Source: Thermodesulfobacteriota bacterium
GTDB lineage: Bacteria > Desulfobacterota > Desulfobacteria > Desulfobacterales > C00003060
Reading direction: 5' to 3'
Assembly (NCBI GenBank): GCA_034189385.1
Contig: JAXHVD010000017.1
Coordinates: 1 to 64,000, forward strand
Length of the DNA stretch: 64,000 bases
Shown: one piece after another, positions 39,391-48,952 of the stretch
Position numbering within the stretch: the stretch's first letter is position 1
Layout of the letters: every line of letters begins with the position of its first letter
Made by a program: the position numbers and the translations under genes
Notes under the pieces: generated by a model
The model's input: the letters and a program-made list of their open reading frames with translations, nothing else
What the model was told of the DNA's origin: nothing
The model's database searches: none

Positions 39391-40170
39391 TTATTGGAAG
39401 CCCCTGTTCTTGTCAATCCTTTTTTGGTCACCTCCAAGGTCCCCAAGCACATGCTGGAGAATGGCGCACGCGGCCATCGCCGCTGTGTCTGCCTTCAACG
39501 TTCTTGGCCCAAGGGAGACAGGAATGAAGCCGGCATCAGTGGCCGAGTTTACCTCTTTGTCTGTGAAACCGCCTTCCGGTCCTATGAGTGCCAGGACCTT
39601 GCGCACCTTTTCCAAGGCCCAAGAAGACGACTCTGATCTGCTGTTGGTCTCGGTGTTGTGAAAGATGATTTTCAAATCATAGGCCTCCCGGGCTGAGATG
39701 AGCTCCTGGAAGGAGACTATCTGGCCAATATCCGGTGCCTTGGATCGGCCGCACTGTTTCAGGGCCTCCCTGGCAATGGTTTCCCATCGCCGCCGTCTCT
39801 CGGCCAGGGGCCCGGGCCTGGGCCGGGGCACACTCCGTTCAGCCATAAAGGGGATGAACCGCGAGGCCCCCAATTCGGTCAACTGCCTGACCATGCGATC
39901 CATCTTTCTGGCCTTCAAAAAGCCCTGTCCCATGGTGATCTTGAGATGTGATTCCGAGATGTCAGGGAATTGGTCCAAGAGCAAAAAGGTGATGGCCCGT
40001 GGGGTGCTCCCGGTGATGCGGGCACGGTATTGCCATCCCTGGCCGTCAAAGAGTGAAACCTCGTCACCAGGTCCCAGTCTCAAGACCGTCCTGATATGCC
40101 TCACATCTGCTCCCTCAAGGACCAGTCTGTCCTGACGGATCTGCGTTCTGTCAATGAAAAAGCGTCTCAT
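39391..40170 (-). CDS. rsmE: 16S rRNA m3U1498 methyltransferase RsmE
   Basis: HIRTVLRL, TELG, EALKQCGR, IGPEGGF, SLGPRTLKADTA. Confidence 0.95.
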   Translation of the reverse strand: MRRFFIDRTQIRQDRLVLEGADVRHIRTVLRLGPGDEVSLFDGQGWQYRARITGSTPRAITFLLLDQFPDISESHLKITMGQGFLKARKMDRMVRQLTELGASRFIPFMAERSVPRPRPGPLAERRRRWETIAREALKQCGRSKAPDIGQIVSFQELISAREAYDLKIIFHNTETNSRSESSSWALEKVRKVLALIGPEGGFTDKEVNSATDAGFIPVSLGPRTLKADTAAMAACAILQHVLGDLGGDQKRIDKNRGFQ

Positions 40171-40452
40171 GATGTGGCTCTTCCCGTTGTTCGATGGGCC
40201 AGGCCATTTATATTATGGATTATGTTATATTTCAAGGAGATGTAGCGATGGCGCCCCTGCTGACAGCAAAGAGGCCATGGCGCCAAAGGGGACTAGGGCC
40301 CGTTTCTTGCTGTCACGGGTGGCCTCACAAAGGTCTTGACATATAGGAACGAGTCGTGATATTTTTATTAAGGAAATCAAAGACTAGAGGAATTTGACTT
40401 TTCGCGGCATTGACCTTGTCCACGTGCCACCCAAATCAAAAAGGATCTGACC

Positions 40453-41220
40453 ATGGACACCGAAGAAAAAGACAAAGAGCTTCGCACATCGCAAGAGACC
40501 AGCCCATCGGAAGAGATTGACGATATGCAAGACGTCCTGGACCTGCTTGATGGCACCCCGGAAGAGGATGAAGGGGTTGGGGCAATGGACAGGATAGAGG
40601 AGAAGCTGGACGCAGAAGAGGGTGAAGAAGACCTTATTGATCTGATCGACATGGTCGACGAGGTGCCCCCAGAGGACAGGGCCCAGGATATCCCCATTGA
40701 GACCCTTGAGGGGGAACCTGAGGAGCCCCTCTCACTGGAGCTTGAGACGCCGGCAGAAGAGGAAATCCTCGACTTGGTCGATGAGGTGCAGGCGGAACCT
40801 GAGTCCACAGACGAGATCATTGACCTTGCAGGTGTGGTGGAAGACCAGGACCAAGGGGCCCAGGCCGAGGCGACGTTGGGTTATTCCGATGCCGACTTTG
40901 ACCTAGAGGCGTCCGAAGATGAGAGCAGGCTTTCAGAGGATTTAGGGATAAAGATGCCTGAAGCGCCCCTTGACGTTTTTGTTGCCGAGGAGCCAACGGA
41001 GCCATCTCCCGTCCAAGAGCCTATGTCAGGGGAGGCTCTCCAGCCCACTGATGAGATGCTGGCATCGATAGTGGCGGAAAGGTTATCTGACGAAAGGATA
41101 GAAGAAATCATCACACGGGTGGCCAAGGAGACCATGGAGAAAAAGGCCGAACGCATCCTCCTTGAGGCGGCCCAGGAGGCTATTGCAAAGAGGATAGAAA
41201 AACTGAAGCAAGCCCTTTAG
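40453..41220 (+). CDS. Highly acidic disordered protein with C-terminal amphipathic helices (PopZ/RomR-C-like)
   Basis: E/D/P-rich body with repeated (I/L)DL motifs; C-terminal IEEIITRVAKE...EAIAKRIEKLK; directly upstream of valS. Confidence 0.7.
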   Translation: MDTEEKDKELRTSQETSPSEEIDDMQDVLDLLDGTPEEDEGVGAMDRIEEKLDAEEGEEDLIDLIDMVDEVPPEDRAQDIPIETLEGEPEEPLSLELETPAEEEILDLVDEVQAEPESTDEIIDLAGVVEDQDQGAQAEATLGYSDADFDLEASEDESRLSEDLGIKMPEAPLDVFVAEEPTEPSPVQEPMSGEALQPTDEMLASIVAERLSDERIEEIITRVAKETMEKKAERILLEAAQEAIAKRIEKLKQAL

Positions 41221-41248
41221 GGGGGGCAATTTTTGGGAAACAGACTAT

Positions 41249-41461
41249 TGTTGAAATCGTAAAAAGTTCCTTTCGCTCTCTCCGTGAGCATTTGCGCCTG
41301 TGGGCTTGAGTAAAGAGGGGCGCACTTAGAATATTCGGCTAAAATGCTAAAACTCGGGCTAACGCCCTCAAACAGTTAGCATTTCTTAACGCCGAACATC
41401 CCAAGTGCTTTTTCCCAAAATGCTCAATGTCGTTTGCAAAAGACTTTTTACGAAACCGTCA
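41249..41461. mobile_element. MITE-like element, family A
   Basis: gaaatcgtaaaaagt ... actttttacgaaaccgtca; shares internal motifs with 310-521. Confidence 0.65.
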
Positions 41462-41575
41462 CTATTGAGTTATTCAGGGGATTAAGATATTAATCCCCTT
41501 TTTAGTTGTGCGCTCGGCAGGGCGCACCCGATTGGAATGCCTTTGCTTGTGGGTAAAAGGGGTTTCAATGGGGCG

Positions 41576-41742
41576 TTGAACCGATTAAGCGAGCGCATTC
41601 CCCGTAGGTTCCGCCTGACGGCAGTGGTTCTGCGCGTTGGCAGTGCTAGCGCGGCGCGGGCTGCGGGGTTAGCGAGCGTATATAAAATGAGACATATTCC
41701 TTACGGTCGAAGATTCCCTGCAGCTTGCTGCAGGGTCTTCAA
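41576..41742. repeat. Repeat family B (long form)
   Basis: ttgaaccgattaagcgagcgcattccc ... ccctgcagcttgctgcagggtcttcaa. Confidence 0.8.
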
Positions 41743-41852
41743 AGGAATTTCGGTTTGGGCAAGGGCCCGTTAAAAACGTGTGAGAAAAGAGGCTCTTTCT
41801 TGCATCATGGAATTCTGTGGTGCACGGGGGCCAAGGCTAGGAGTGAAATCGG

Positions 41853-44561
41853 ATGAGTTCAGACACGGTGCTAAAGAAGGGCTACGAACCACAGGAGGTG
41901 GAGAGGCGCTGGTACGCATACTGGGAAAAGGAAGGGCTTTTTGCGGCCAAGGATGACAGTAGCGAGAAGCCTTTTTCCATTGTCATCCCGCCCCCGAATG
42001 TGACGGGGGTGCTGCACATGGGCCATGCCCACAACAACACGCTTCAGGATATCCTTTGTCGGTACCGACGTATGCAGGGCTACAATGTGCTGTGGATGCC
42101 AGGTACGGACCATGCAGGGATTGCCACCCAGAACGTGGTAGAGAAGGGCTTGGCCCAAGAGGGGATGACCCGCCACAGTGTGGGGCGGGAGGAATTCATC
42201 GAGCGGGTGTGGCAATGGCGGCGGGAATATGGCGGCCTGATTATTAAGCAGCTCAAGCGCCTCGGGGCCTCCTGCGATTGGGACCGGGAACGTTTCACCA
42301 TGGACGAAGGCCTGTCTCGCGCCGTAAGGACGGTCTTTGTGAGACTCTACGAGGAGGGCCTGATCTATCGGGGAGACTATATCATTAATTGGTGCCCCCG
42401 CTGTCAGACGGCCCTGTCAGACTTGGAGGTAAGTCACGAGGATCACAACGGTCACCTCTATTATATCAGGTACCCCCTTGAAGACGGCAAAGGCGGCGTG
42501 GTCGTGGCCACGACCAGGCCCGAGACCATGCTGGGAGACACAGCGGTGGCCGTCAATCCCAGCGATGAGCGCCACAGCAGCCTTCATGGAAAGCGGGTGA
42601 TCTTGCCGCTGATGAATCGCAAGATTCCCGTGATCCTAGAGGAATATGTGGATACCAAGTTTGGAACCGGTGCCCTGAAGATCACGCCGGCCCACGATCC
42701 AAACGATTTCGAAATAGGTCAGCGCCATCACCTGGAGACTGTCACCGTCATTGGGGGCGATGGCCGCATGAACGCCCAGGCCGGCCCTTTTAAAGGGCAA
42801 GATCGGTTTGAATGTCGGGAAAGGGTATTGGAGGCCCTGAAGGCGGAAGGCCTCCTTGAAAAGATAGAGCCCTATCAGCACAGTGTGGGGCACTGCTATC
42901 GCTGTAGAACGACAGTGGAGCCCTATCTTTCCAAGCAATGGTTTGTCAAGGTAAAGCCCTTGGCAGAGGAGGCTATTGCTGCCGTCAAGGCCGGTGACAC
43001 CCGCATCATACCGGACATCTGGACAAATACCTTCTTTGAGTGGATGAACAACATCAGGGATTGGTGCATTTCCAGACAGATCTGGTGGGGACATCGCATA
43101 CCGGCCTGGACCTGCCAGGGGTGCGGCAAGATGATCGTGGCCATGGAAGCCCCGGAGGCGTGCCCTGACTGTAAGGGGACGGCCCTTATCCAGGAGACCG
43201 ATGTCCTGGATACGTGGTTCAGTTCAGCCTTATGGCCCTTTTCCACGATGGGGTGGCCAGACCATACCCAGACCGTGAAGACCTTTTACCCCACCTCTGT
43301 CCTGGTGACCGGCTTTGACATCCTTTTCTTCTGGGTGGCCCGAATGATGATGATGGGACTCCATTTCATGAAGGAAGTCCCCTTCAGGGATGTCTATATC
43401 CATGCCCTGGTCCGCGATGCCGAGGGGAAGAAGATGAGCAAGTCAAAGGGAAACGTCATTGATCCCCTCTACGTGATTGACGAATTCGGCACCGATGCCT
43501 TCCGGTTTACCCTGGCCGCCTTTGCCGCCCAGGGGCGCGATATCAAGCTCTCTGAAGACCGCATAGAAGGGTACCGTCACTTCATCAACAAGCTCTGGAA
43601 TGCTTTCCGCTTTTCTCTGATGCACCTGAAGGATTTTGATCCCCATTCCATGGACGGAAGGGGCAACCATCTCTCCCTGGCAGACAGGTGGATCCTCAGC
43701 CGGCTGGAGGGGGTCATTGAGGCCGTGACGACGGCCATCGAAGGGTACAAGTTCAATGAGGCGGCCAGTGCCCTCTATCGATTCGTGTGGCATGAATTCT
43801 GCGATTGGTACCTGGAAATCATTAAACCGGTGTTGTACGGAGAACCTGATGAGGATGGCACGGGCCCTGGAAAGGATAGGGGTCCAGGATCCTCCCCATA
43901 TGAAGCCACGCGATCCGTGCTCTGGTCCGTTCTCAACGAAACGGTCCGTCTCCTGCACCCACTTATTCCATTTGTGACAGAAGAGCTCTGGCACAAGCTC
44001 CCTGGGACCCAAGGCTCTGTCATGAAGGCCCCGTTCCCCGTGGCCTCCAAGGATCGTCGGGATGGTGAGGCAGAAGCAACGGTGGATCTTCTCAAGGGGA
44101 TCACCAGCGGCATTCGAAACATTAGGGGCGAGATGAACGTTCCACCGGCGCGGGTGGTGGACGTGATGGTGCAGTCGGCAGACCAGGAGGTGGGTCAGAT
44201 CCTCGAGCAATATGGCGACATCGTCATCAATCTGGCCAAGCTGGCCAGCCTGAAGGTAACGGCGCCAGGAGAGCGGCCTCCCTTTTGCGCGGCCTCTGTC
44301 TTTGGTGACAGCACCATTTTTGTTTCTTTAAAGGACATCATTGATTTTGAGGCGGAAGAGGCCCGCCTGGACAAAGAGATCAACAAGATCGACAAAGAGC
44401 TTGGCGGTGTTGGCAAGAAGCTGGGTAACCAAGACTTCTTAAGCAAGGCCCCTGAGAAGGTTGTGGAAGGGGTGCGGGCAAAGCAGGGGAGACTGGCAGA
44501 AAAAAAGAAGAAGTTAGAGGCTCAACTAGAGGCTGTGAGGCAAGTAGCGGGAAATGGATAG
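41853..44561 (+). CDS. valS: Valine--tRNA ligase
   Basis: PPPNVTGVLHMGH, DHAGIATQ, ATTRPET, DWCISRQIWWGH, KMSKS, C-terminal coiled coil. Confidence 0.98.
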   Translation: MSSDTVLKKGYEPQEVERRWYAYWEKEGLFAAKDDSSEKPFSIVIPPPNVTGVLHMGHAHNNTLQDILCRYRRMQGYNVLWMPGTDHAGIATQNVVEKGLAQEGMTRHSVGREEFIERVWQWRREYGGLIIKQLKRLGASCDWDRERFTMDEGLSRAVRTVFVRLYEEGLIYRGDYIINWCPRCQTALSDLEVSHEDHNGHLYYIRYPLEDGKGGVVVATTRPETMLGDTAVAVNPSDERHSSLHGKRVILPLMNRKIPVILEEYVDTKFGTGALKITPAHDPNDFEIGQRHHLETVTVIGGDGRMNAQAGPFKGQDRFECRERVLEALKAEGLLEKIEPYQHSVGHCYRCRTTVEPYLSKQWFVKVKPLAEEAIAAVKAGDTRIIPDIWTNTFFEWMNNIRDWCISRQIWWGHRIPAWTCQGCGKMIVAMEAPEACPDCKGTALIQETDVLDTWFSSALWPFSTMGWPDHTQTVKTFYPTSVLVTGFDILFFWVARMMMMGLHFMKEVPFRDVYIHALVRDAEGKKMSKSKGNVIDPLYVIDEFGTDAFRFTLAAFAAQGRDIKLSEDRIEGYRHFINKLWNAFRFSLMHLKDFDPHSMDGRGNHLSLADRWILSRLEGVIEAVTTAIEGYKFNEAASALYRFVWHEFCDWYLEIIKPVLYGEPDEDGTGPGKDRGPGSSPYEATRSVLWSVLNETVRLLHPLIPFVTEELWHKLPGTQGSVMKAPFPVASKDRRDGEAEATVDLLKGITSGIRNIRGEMNVPPARVVDVMVQSADQEVGQILEQYGDIVINLAKLASLKVTAPGERPPFCAASVFGDSTIFVSLKDIIDFEAEEARLDKEINKIDKELGGVGKKLGNQDFLSKAPEKVVEGVRAKQGRLAEKKKKLEAQLEAVRQVAGNG

Positions 44562-45288
44562 GCTGAGACCGATTCCCCCTTTCAGGTACGGAGCCAGGGT
44601 GGTCCTGGCTCTGGTGGTGGGGCTTTTGACGGCAAACGCCTATTGGACGGTCAGGCACTTTGCGGCCGAGGCCTACTGCAATACCGTTACCAATTCCACC
44701 CTGAACAGAGACCAGGATCCAGCCTTGGAAGAGATCCATGGGGCCCTTTCGTGGGACAGTGAGAATGCAAAGTACTGGTATAGACTGGCACGAAAGCTGT
44801 GGGGCATTCGCAGCAGCAGCCAGGGGGCGTTGAGTAGTGAGGAGAGCTACGAGAAGCAGCTTGAAATCGTAAAGGCCCTGGAAGAGGCCGTGCAATTGAA
44901 TCCTTTTGACGCCCAGTGCCACGTGCTGCTGGGGTGGGAATATAGCTATTTGTGGCAAGATCCCGATTATCACAACAAGTGGCTCACTGCGGCTGACCGA
45001 TCTATGGAAAGGGCCGCATTTTTTGCCGGAGAGAGCGACCCACATCTTCATATAAATATTGGCAATTACTGGATTATGCGTTCAAAAACCGCCCTTCCTT
45101 CCGACTCCCGATGGGGGGCCGCCTGGACCCAGGCCCGGCGCCACTATGGAAAGGCCCTGAGCCTGGGAAAGACAAAGGCCGTAAGGGATGAAATAGAGGC
45201 CTTTGTGTGGAAGTTCTATCCCGATGAAGCGATGCTCCGGGACGTTATCCTTTCAACCATGGCTGAAGAAGAATCGCACGGCAGATGA
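44554..45288 (+). CDS. Membrane-anchored TPR-like protein
   Basis: N-terminal TM helix, TPR-like ALEEAVQLNPFDAQCHVLLG; overlaps the valS stop. Confidence 0.65.
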   Translation: MDRLRPIPPFRYGARVVLALVVGLLTANAYWTVRHFAAEAYCNTVTNSTLNRDQDPALEEIHGALSWDSENAKYWYRLARKLWGIRSSSQGALSSEESYEKQLEIVKALEEAVQLNPFDAQCHVLLGWEYSYLWQDPDYHNKWLTAADRSMERAAFFAGESDPHLHINIGNYWIMRSKTALPSDSRWGAAWTQARRHYGKALSLGKTKAVRDEIEAFVWKFYPDEAMLRDVILSTMAEEESHGR

Positions 45289-45401
45289 AGATGCAAGGGG
45301 CATAGCATCTCTCCAGAAAGGCTCCGTTCCTCCCTCCTTTTCCCCCAAAGATACCCCTTCCGCCTGCCATGGGGTCTCCCGTGGTCCGGCGGCCTCCTGG
45401 G

Positions 45402-45452
45402 TTGAACCGATTAAGCGAGCGCATTCCCTGCAGCCTGCTGCCGGGTCTTCAA
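45402..45452. repeat. Repeat family B (short form)
   Basis: ttgaaccgattaagcgagcgcattccctgcagcctgctgccgggtcttcaa. Confidence 0.8.
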
Positions 45453-45598
45453 AAAAAGCCTTGACATTTTTCATTGATTGACTCTACATATTGGGGCCAA
45501 ATATCCAGAGAATACTATATATAGAAAGAATGAGGGATTTCACGACCCCTTTGAGAGCAGACGCCATCGATAGGTAATCGATTGGAGGGAGCTCGATC

Positions 45599-46075
45599 AT
45601 GCTGATGAGATGCAACATAGCGCTTGGTCTTTTTGTCATTGTTGGTCTGCTCATGGCGGCGACACACACCTTTGGAGCTGAGCCGGTCCGGTGTTTGGAG
45701 GCGATAGACGAAGCAGAGACTGTGGCAAAGAAGGCCGCCGAGTCCGGCCAAAAAGCCATGGAAGCCGTGGAAGTGGCAAGGGCGGAAGGGACCTTGGAGG
45801 CTGCGAGAAAGGCCAGGAAGGCCGCTCACGCCACAAGAGATGCCGCTAAAGAGGCCCGTGACGTGGCCAGCCATGCCAGATCCATGGGGTGCTTGGGGGC
45901 TGCAGAGAGGGCCGAAGGGGCAGCCAGGGAGGCGGACAGGGTTGCCAAAGAGGCAGAAGAAGACGTTGCGAGAATCGTCAAGCTCCTTGAGGGCCTCAAG
46001 CCGGTATTCCTGGATCCAGGGACCTCGGAAGCGGAAAGATACCAGCAGGAAAAGGAAGTGAGCCCTTCTCAATGA
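45599..46075 (+). CDS. Secreted Ala/Glu-rich helical protein ending EVSPSQ
   Basis: GGAGGGAG RBS, signal peptide (TFGA), low-complexity helix. Confidence 0.75.
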   Translation: MLMRCNIALGLFVIVGLLMAATHTFGAEPVRCLEAIDEAETVAKKAAESGQKAMEAVEVARAEGTLEAARKARKAAHATRDAAKEARDVASHARSMGCLGAAERAEGAAREADRVAKEAEEDVARIVKLLEGLKPVFLDPGTSEAERYQQEKEVSPSQ

Positions 46076-46185
46076 TGGTTTCGGAAGGCGTCTGTTTTGC
46101 TCCCAACCTGAGCATTTGCGCTTGCGGGCTTGAAAAGAGATGGGCGGACTGAATCGTTCGCAAAAGGTTTTTAACGAGACGGTCA
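46073..46185. mobile_element. Degenerate family A MITE
   Basis: tgatggtttcg ... tcgttcgcaaaaggtttttaacgagacggtca; tgagcatttgcg..tg.gggcttga shared with the 41249 copy. Confidence 0.5.
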
Positions 46186-46230
46186 ATGATAGATGAGAAA
46201 GAAAAAAGATCTGCTCAAAGGAGCCACATC

Positions 46231-47526
46231 ATGAAGAGGATCATTGCCATTTGCTTGCCCGCAGCCCTCCTTCTCTTTCTGGCAGCCTTTGTCATGGCCG
46301 AAGCGATCAACATCCATGTGGGCAGGTTGCACAACATCCCTCTCTCGGCCCACCAGCAACGGCGCGCCGAGGCCGGCAGGATTCACGTGGGCGACCTGAA
46401 GATCGTTCCCAGGCTGACTGTAGGCACGGTGTACGATGACAACGTCTTTTTAGGTAACGGGAGCAATAGCCCCGCGGAAAAGGAATCCTCCGACTGGGTG
46501 TTGCGTCTCATGCCTGGGTTGCTCCTGGACCAAAGCTTCGGCCCAAGGGGGCGTTTCAGGCTCGGCTACCGGGGCGATCTGGCCTATTACGACGATCACA
46601 GCAGAAACGACTGGCAAACCCATGAAGGGCTCTTTGATCTCGACTATCGTTCGCCAGGGGGGCTGATCGTCCGTGCCATCAACGTTTACACCGATGCGGA
46701 AGACCCCTACACCTCGGAAAACGAATACAAACTGGGCCGGAAGATTAAGCGGTGGCATAACAATCTGAAAACCAAAGTGGGTTTTGATTTTAGAAATCGG
46801 TTTAAGTTCCTGGCCTTCTACAACTATTACAAACAGGACTATGATCACAAAGAAGACTTTACCCAGAACTACGATTCCGATGAATTTGGTGCTGGCCTTG
46901 AGATGAAATTACTCCCCAAGACCTGGGGTTTTGTCAGGTATCACTACGGTGAGCGGGACTACTATACGCACAGAGAAGGCGTGACAGAAGACAATGACTC
47001 AGATTTTTCCTGGCACCGGATGAATGCTGGTCTCACATGGGAGCCTGGCGCCAAACTGAGTGGCGAGTTGAACGTTGGCTATCAGTGGAAGGACTATGAC
47101 AACAAGGGCAATAAGGACGGCTATGTCTACGATGATAGAAACACGTGGATTGCATCCACGGTGATATCCTACAAACCTGCCCTCACAAGGGTTCTCTCTC
47201 TGAGTATGATGAGGGCCCTGAAAGAGGTCGGTTCCATCACCGATGAGTATTATGAGGACACGGGAGTTGGCTTAAGCCTGCAGCAGGTGTTTCTGGATAA
47301 GTTCACGCTCTTTGTGGGCACGACCTTAAGCCAAAACGACTATAATGTCTTTGACGATAGATCTAGAAGGGATGACAATTATAAGGTCAACGTGGGCCTT
47401 GACTACGACATCCAAGATTGGCTCCGTGGCGGCCTGTCCTACAGCTATTGGAGAAAGGATTCAGACATCACGAAATATGACTTCACCGATAATCGGTTTA
47501 TGGCCAAACTAGACATCGTGTACTAG
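46231..47526 (+). CDS. Outer membrane beta-barrel protein (polysaccharide export-associated, BBP2-like)
   Basis: Signal peptide, YDDNVF, alternating aromatic strands, C-terminal DNRFMAKLDIVY; precedes wza. Confidence 0.82.
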   Translation: MKRIIAICLPAALLLFLAAFVMAEAINIHVGRLHNIPLSAHQQRRAEAGRIHVGDLKIVPRLTVGTVYDDNVFLGNGSNSPAEKESSDWVLRLMPGLLLDQSFGPRGRFRLGYRGDLAYYDDHSRNDWQTHEGLFDLDYRSPGGLIVRAINVYTDAEDPYTSENEYKLGRKIKRWHNNLKTKVGFDFRNRFKFLAFYNYYKQDYDHKEDFTQNYDSDEFGAGLEMKLLPKTWGFVRYHYGERDYYTHREGVTEDNDSDFSWHRMNAGLTWEPGAKLSGELNVGYQWKDYDNKGNKDGYVYDDRNTWIASTVISYKPALTRVLSLSMMRALKEVGSITDEYYEDTGVGLSLQQVFLDKFTLFVGTTLSQNDYNVFDDRSRRDDNYKVNVGLDYDIQDWLRGGLSYSYWRKDSDITKYDFTDNRFMAKLDIVY

Positions 47527-47751
47527 GGGCCGGTGACGTTTACCCACTATCTTTGAACATGCACTTCATGCCGCGGGAAAACCAAGGACGTGGCCTGTGC
47601 ACCGTGTTCCGGGCAAGGGAGAAGACATTTGGCAAAGGGCCTGTGGAAGAGGCGACAGGGCTGTGAGACAAATCGATAAAGGGGTCCAGGGCCCCTTTTT
47701 TTCATGTGAACCTGCCCTTTTGTCTGGAGGCGGAGGAGAGAAAGAGCTTTT

Positions 47752-48810
47752 ATGACGTACCTTAGACTGATTGCCTGGTTGGCCGTTGCTGCAGTCTCCA
47801 TGTCCGTGAGTGCCTGTGGCGGGGGAGAAGTGGTAAGAGTGACCACCCTCCACGACAGCCGCCTTGAGGGCATGGTGGGGGCGGAAGAACGGGCCAAAAT
47901 CGCGGAGCTGAAAAAGTCCGGGCAGACCCAACAGGGTATTGACGCTGGTTTGAGCAACGTGATAGAGGCGACGCCCCATTTCTCTGTGTCCGAATACCTG
48001 GCCCAGCACCCAGAGGCCAGAGGCGCTGTGGGGGGCGACTACCTGGTGGGAGGATACGATGTGCTGAGCATCACGGTCTATGAAGAGAGCGACCTCTCCA
48101 AAGAGGCGGTCCGTGTTTCAGAGGACGGATACATCTCTTTTCCCCTTATAGGACGCATCAAGGTAGATGGCCTGGCCACATCGGACATAGAAAAGGTGAT
48201 ATCCCGCAAATTGGCCGAAGAGGAGTATCTCTTAGAGGCCCATGTCTCTGTGTTGGTGACGGAGTACAACAGCAAGGGTTTCCTGGTCCTGGGGGCCGTC
48301 AAGACCCCTGGTTCCTATTCCCTGCAGGCCAAGGAATGCGTCTTAGACGCTATTTCAAGGGCAGGGGGTATTGACTCTGAACACGCCGGCAAGCGGGCCG
48401 TCATCGTGCGTTCAGAGGGTCTGAAGGGGGCCCAGGAGCGCAAAGTCGTCATCGACATAGATCTTCAGGGCCTCTTAAAAGGGAGGGATCAGATCTCCAA
48501 CATATGTCTTGCCGATAAGGATGTCCTTTTCGTGCCCACGGCCGAGCATTTTTACATCATCGGTCAGGTGAACAAGCCTGCCTCTTATACCATGCCGGAA
48601 GGTGAGATCACGTTGGTGGAGGCCATTGGCATGGCTGGCGGGTTCACCCGGATCGCGGCCCGAAACCGCACCCGCATCATCCGTGTAGAAGAGGGGGCTG
48701 AAAAGGTCATTGAAGTGCAGGTGGATGCCATCACCAAAGCGGGAAGAAAGATCCAGGATGTGGTGATCCGACCCAATGACGTCATCGTGGTTCCAGAGAG
48801 CTTTTTCTAA
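47752..48810 (+). CDS. Polysaccharide export (OPX/Wza-like) lipoprotein with two SLBB domains
   Basis: VSAC lipobox, YLVGGYDVLSITVY...VSEDGYISFPLIG, GAVKTPG, AIGMAGG, VPESFF end. Confidence 0.88.
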   Translation: MTYLRLIAWLAVAAVSMSVSACGGGEVVRVTTLHDSRLEGMVGAEERAKIAELKKSGQTQQGIDAGLSNVIEATPHFSVSEYLAQHPEARGAVGGDYLVGGYDVLSITVYEESDLSKEAVRVSEDGYISFPLIGRIKVDGLATSDIEKVISRKLAEEEYLLEAHVSVLVTEYNSKGFLVLGAVKTPGSYSLQAKECVLDAISRAGGIDSEHAGKRAVIVRSEGLKGAQERKVVIDIDLQGLLKGRDQISNICLADKDVLFVPTAEHFYIIGQVNKPASYTMPEGEITLVEAIGMAGGFTRIAARNRTRIIRVEEGAEKVIEVQVDAITKAGRKIQDVVIRPNDVIVVPESFF

Positions 48811-48946
48811 TTAGCGAACTAGCGAATTAGCTCACTAGCTGGTAAGCCGATAAGCTGGTAAGCCGATAAGCTCATTAGCTCATTAGCTTACTAGCTTACT
48901 AGCTCACTAGCTCAACAGCTCAACAGCTCAACAGCTCAACAGCTCA
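48811..48946. repeat. Degenerate 8-bp tandem repeat, 17 units (nnagctca-like)
   Basis: ttagcgaa ctagcgaa ttagctca ... acagctca x4 fills almost the whole wza-wzc spacer. Confidence 0.9.
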
Positions 48947-48952
48947 ACTGAT

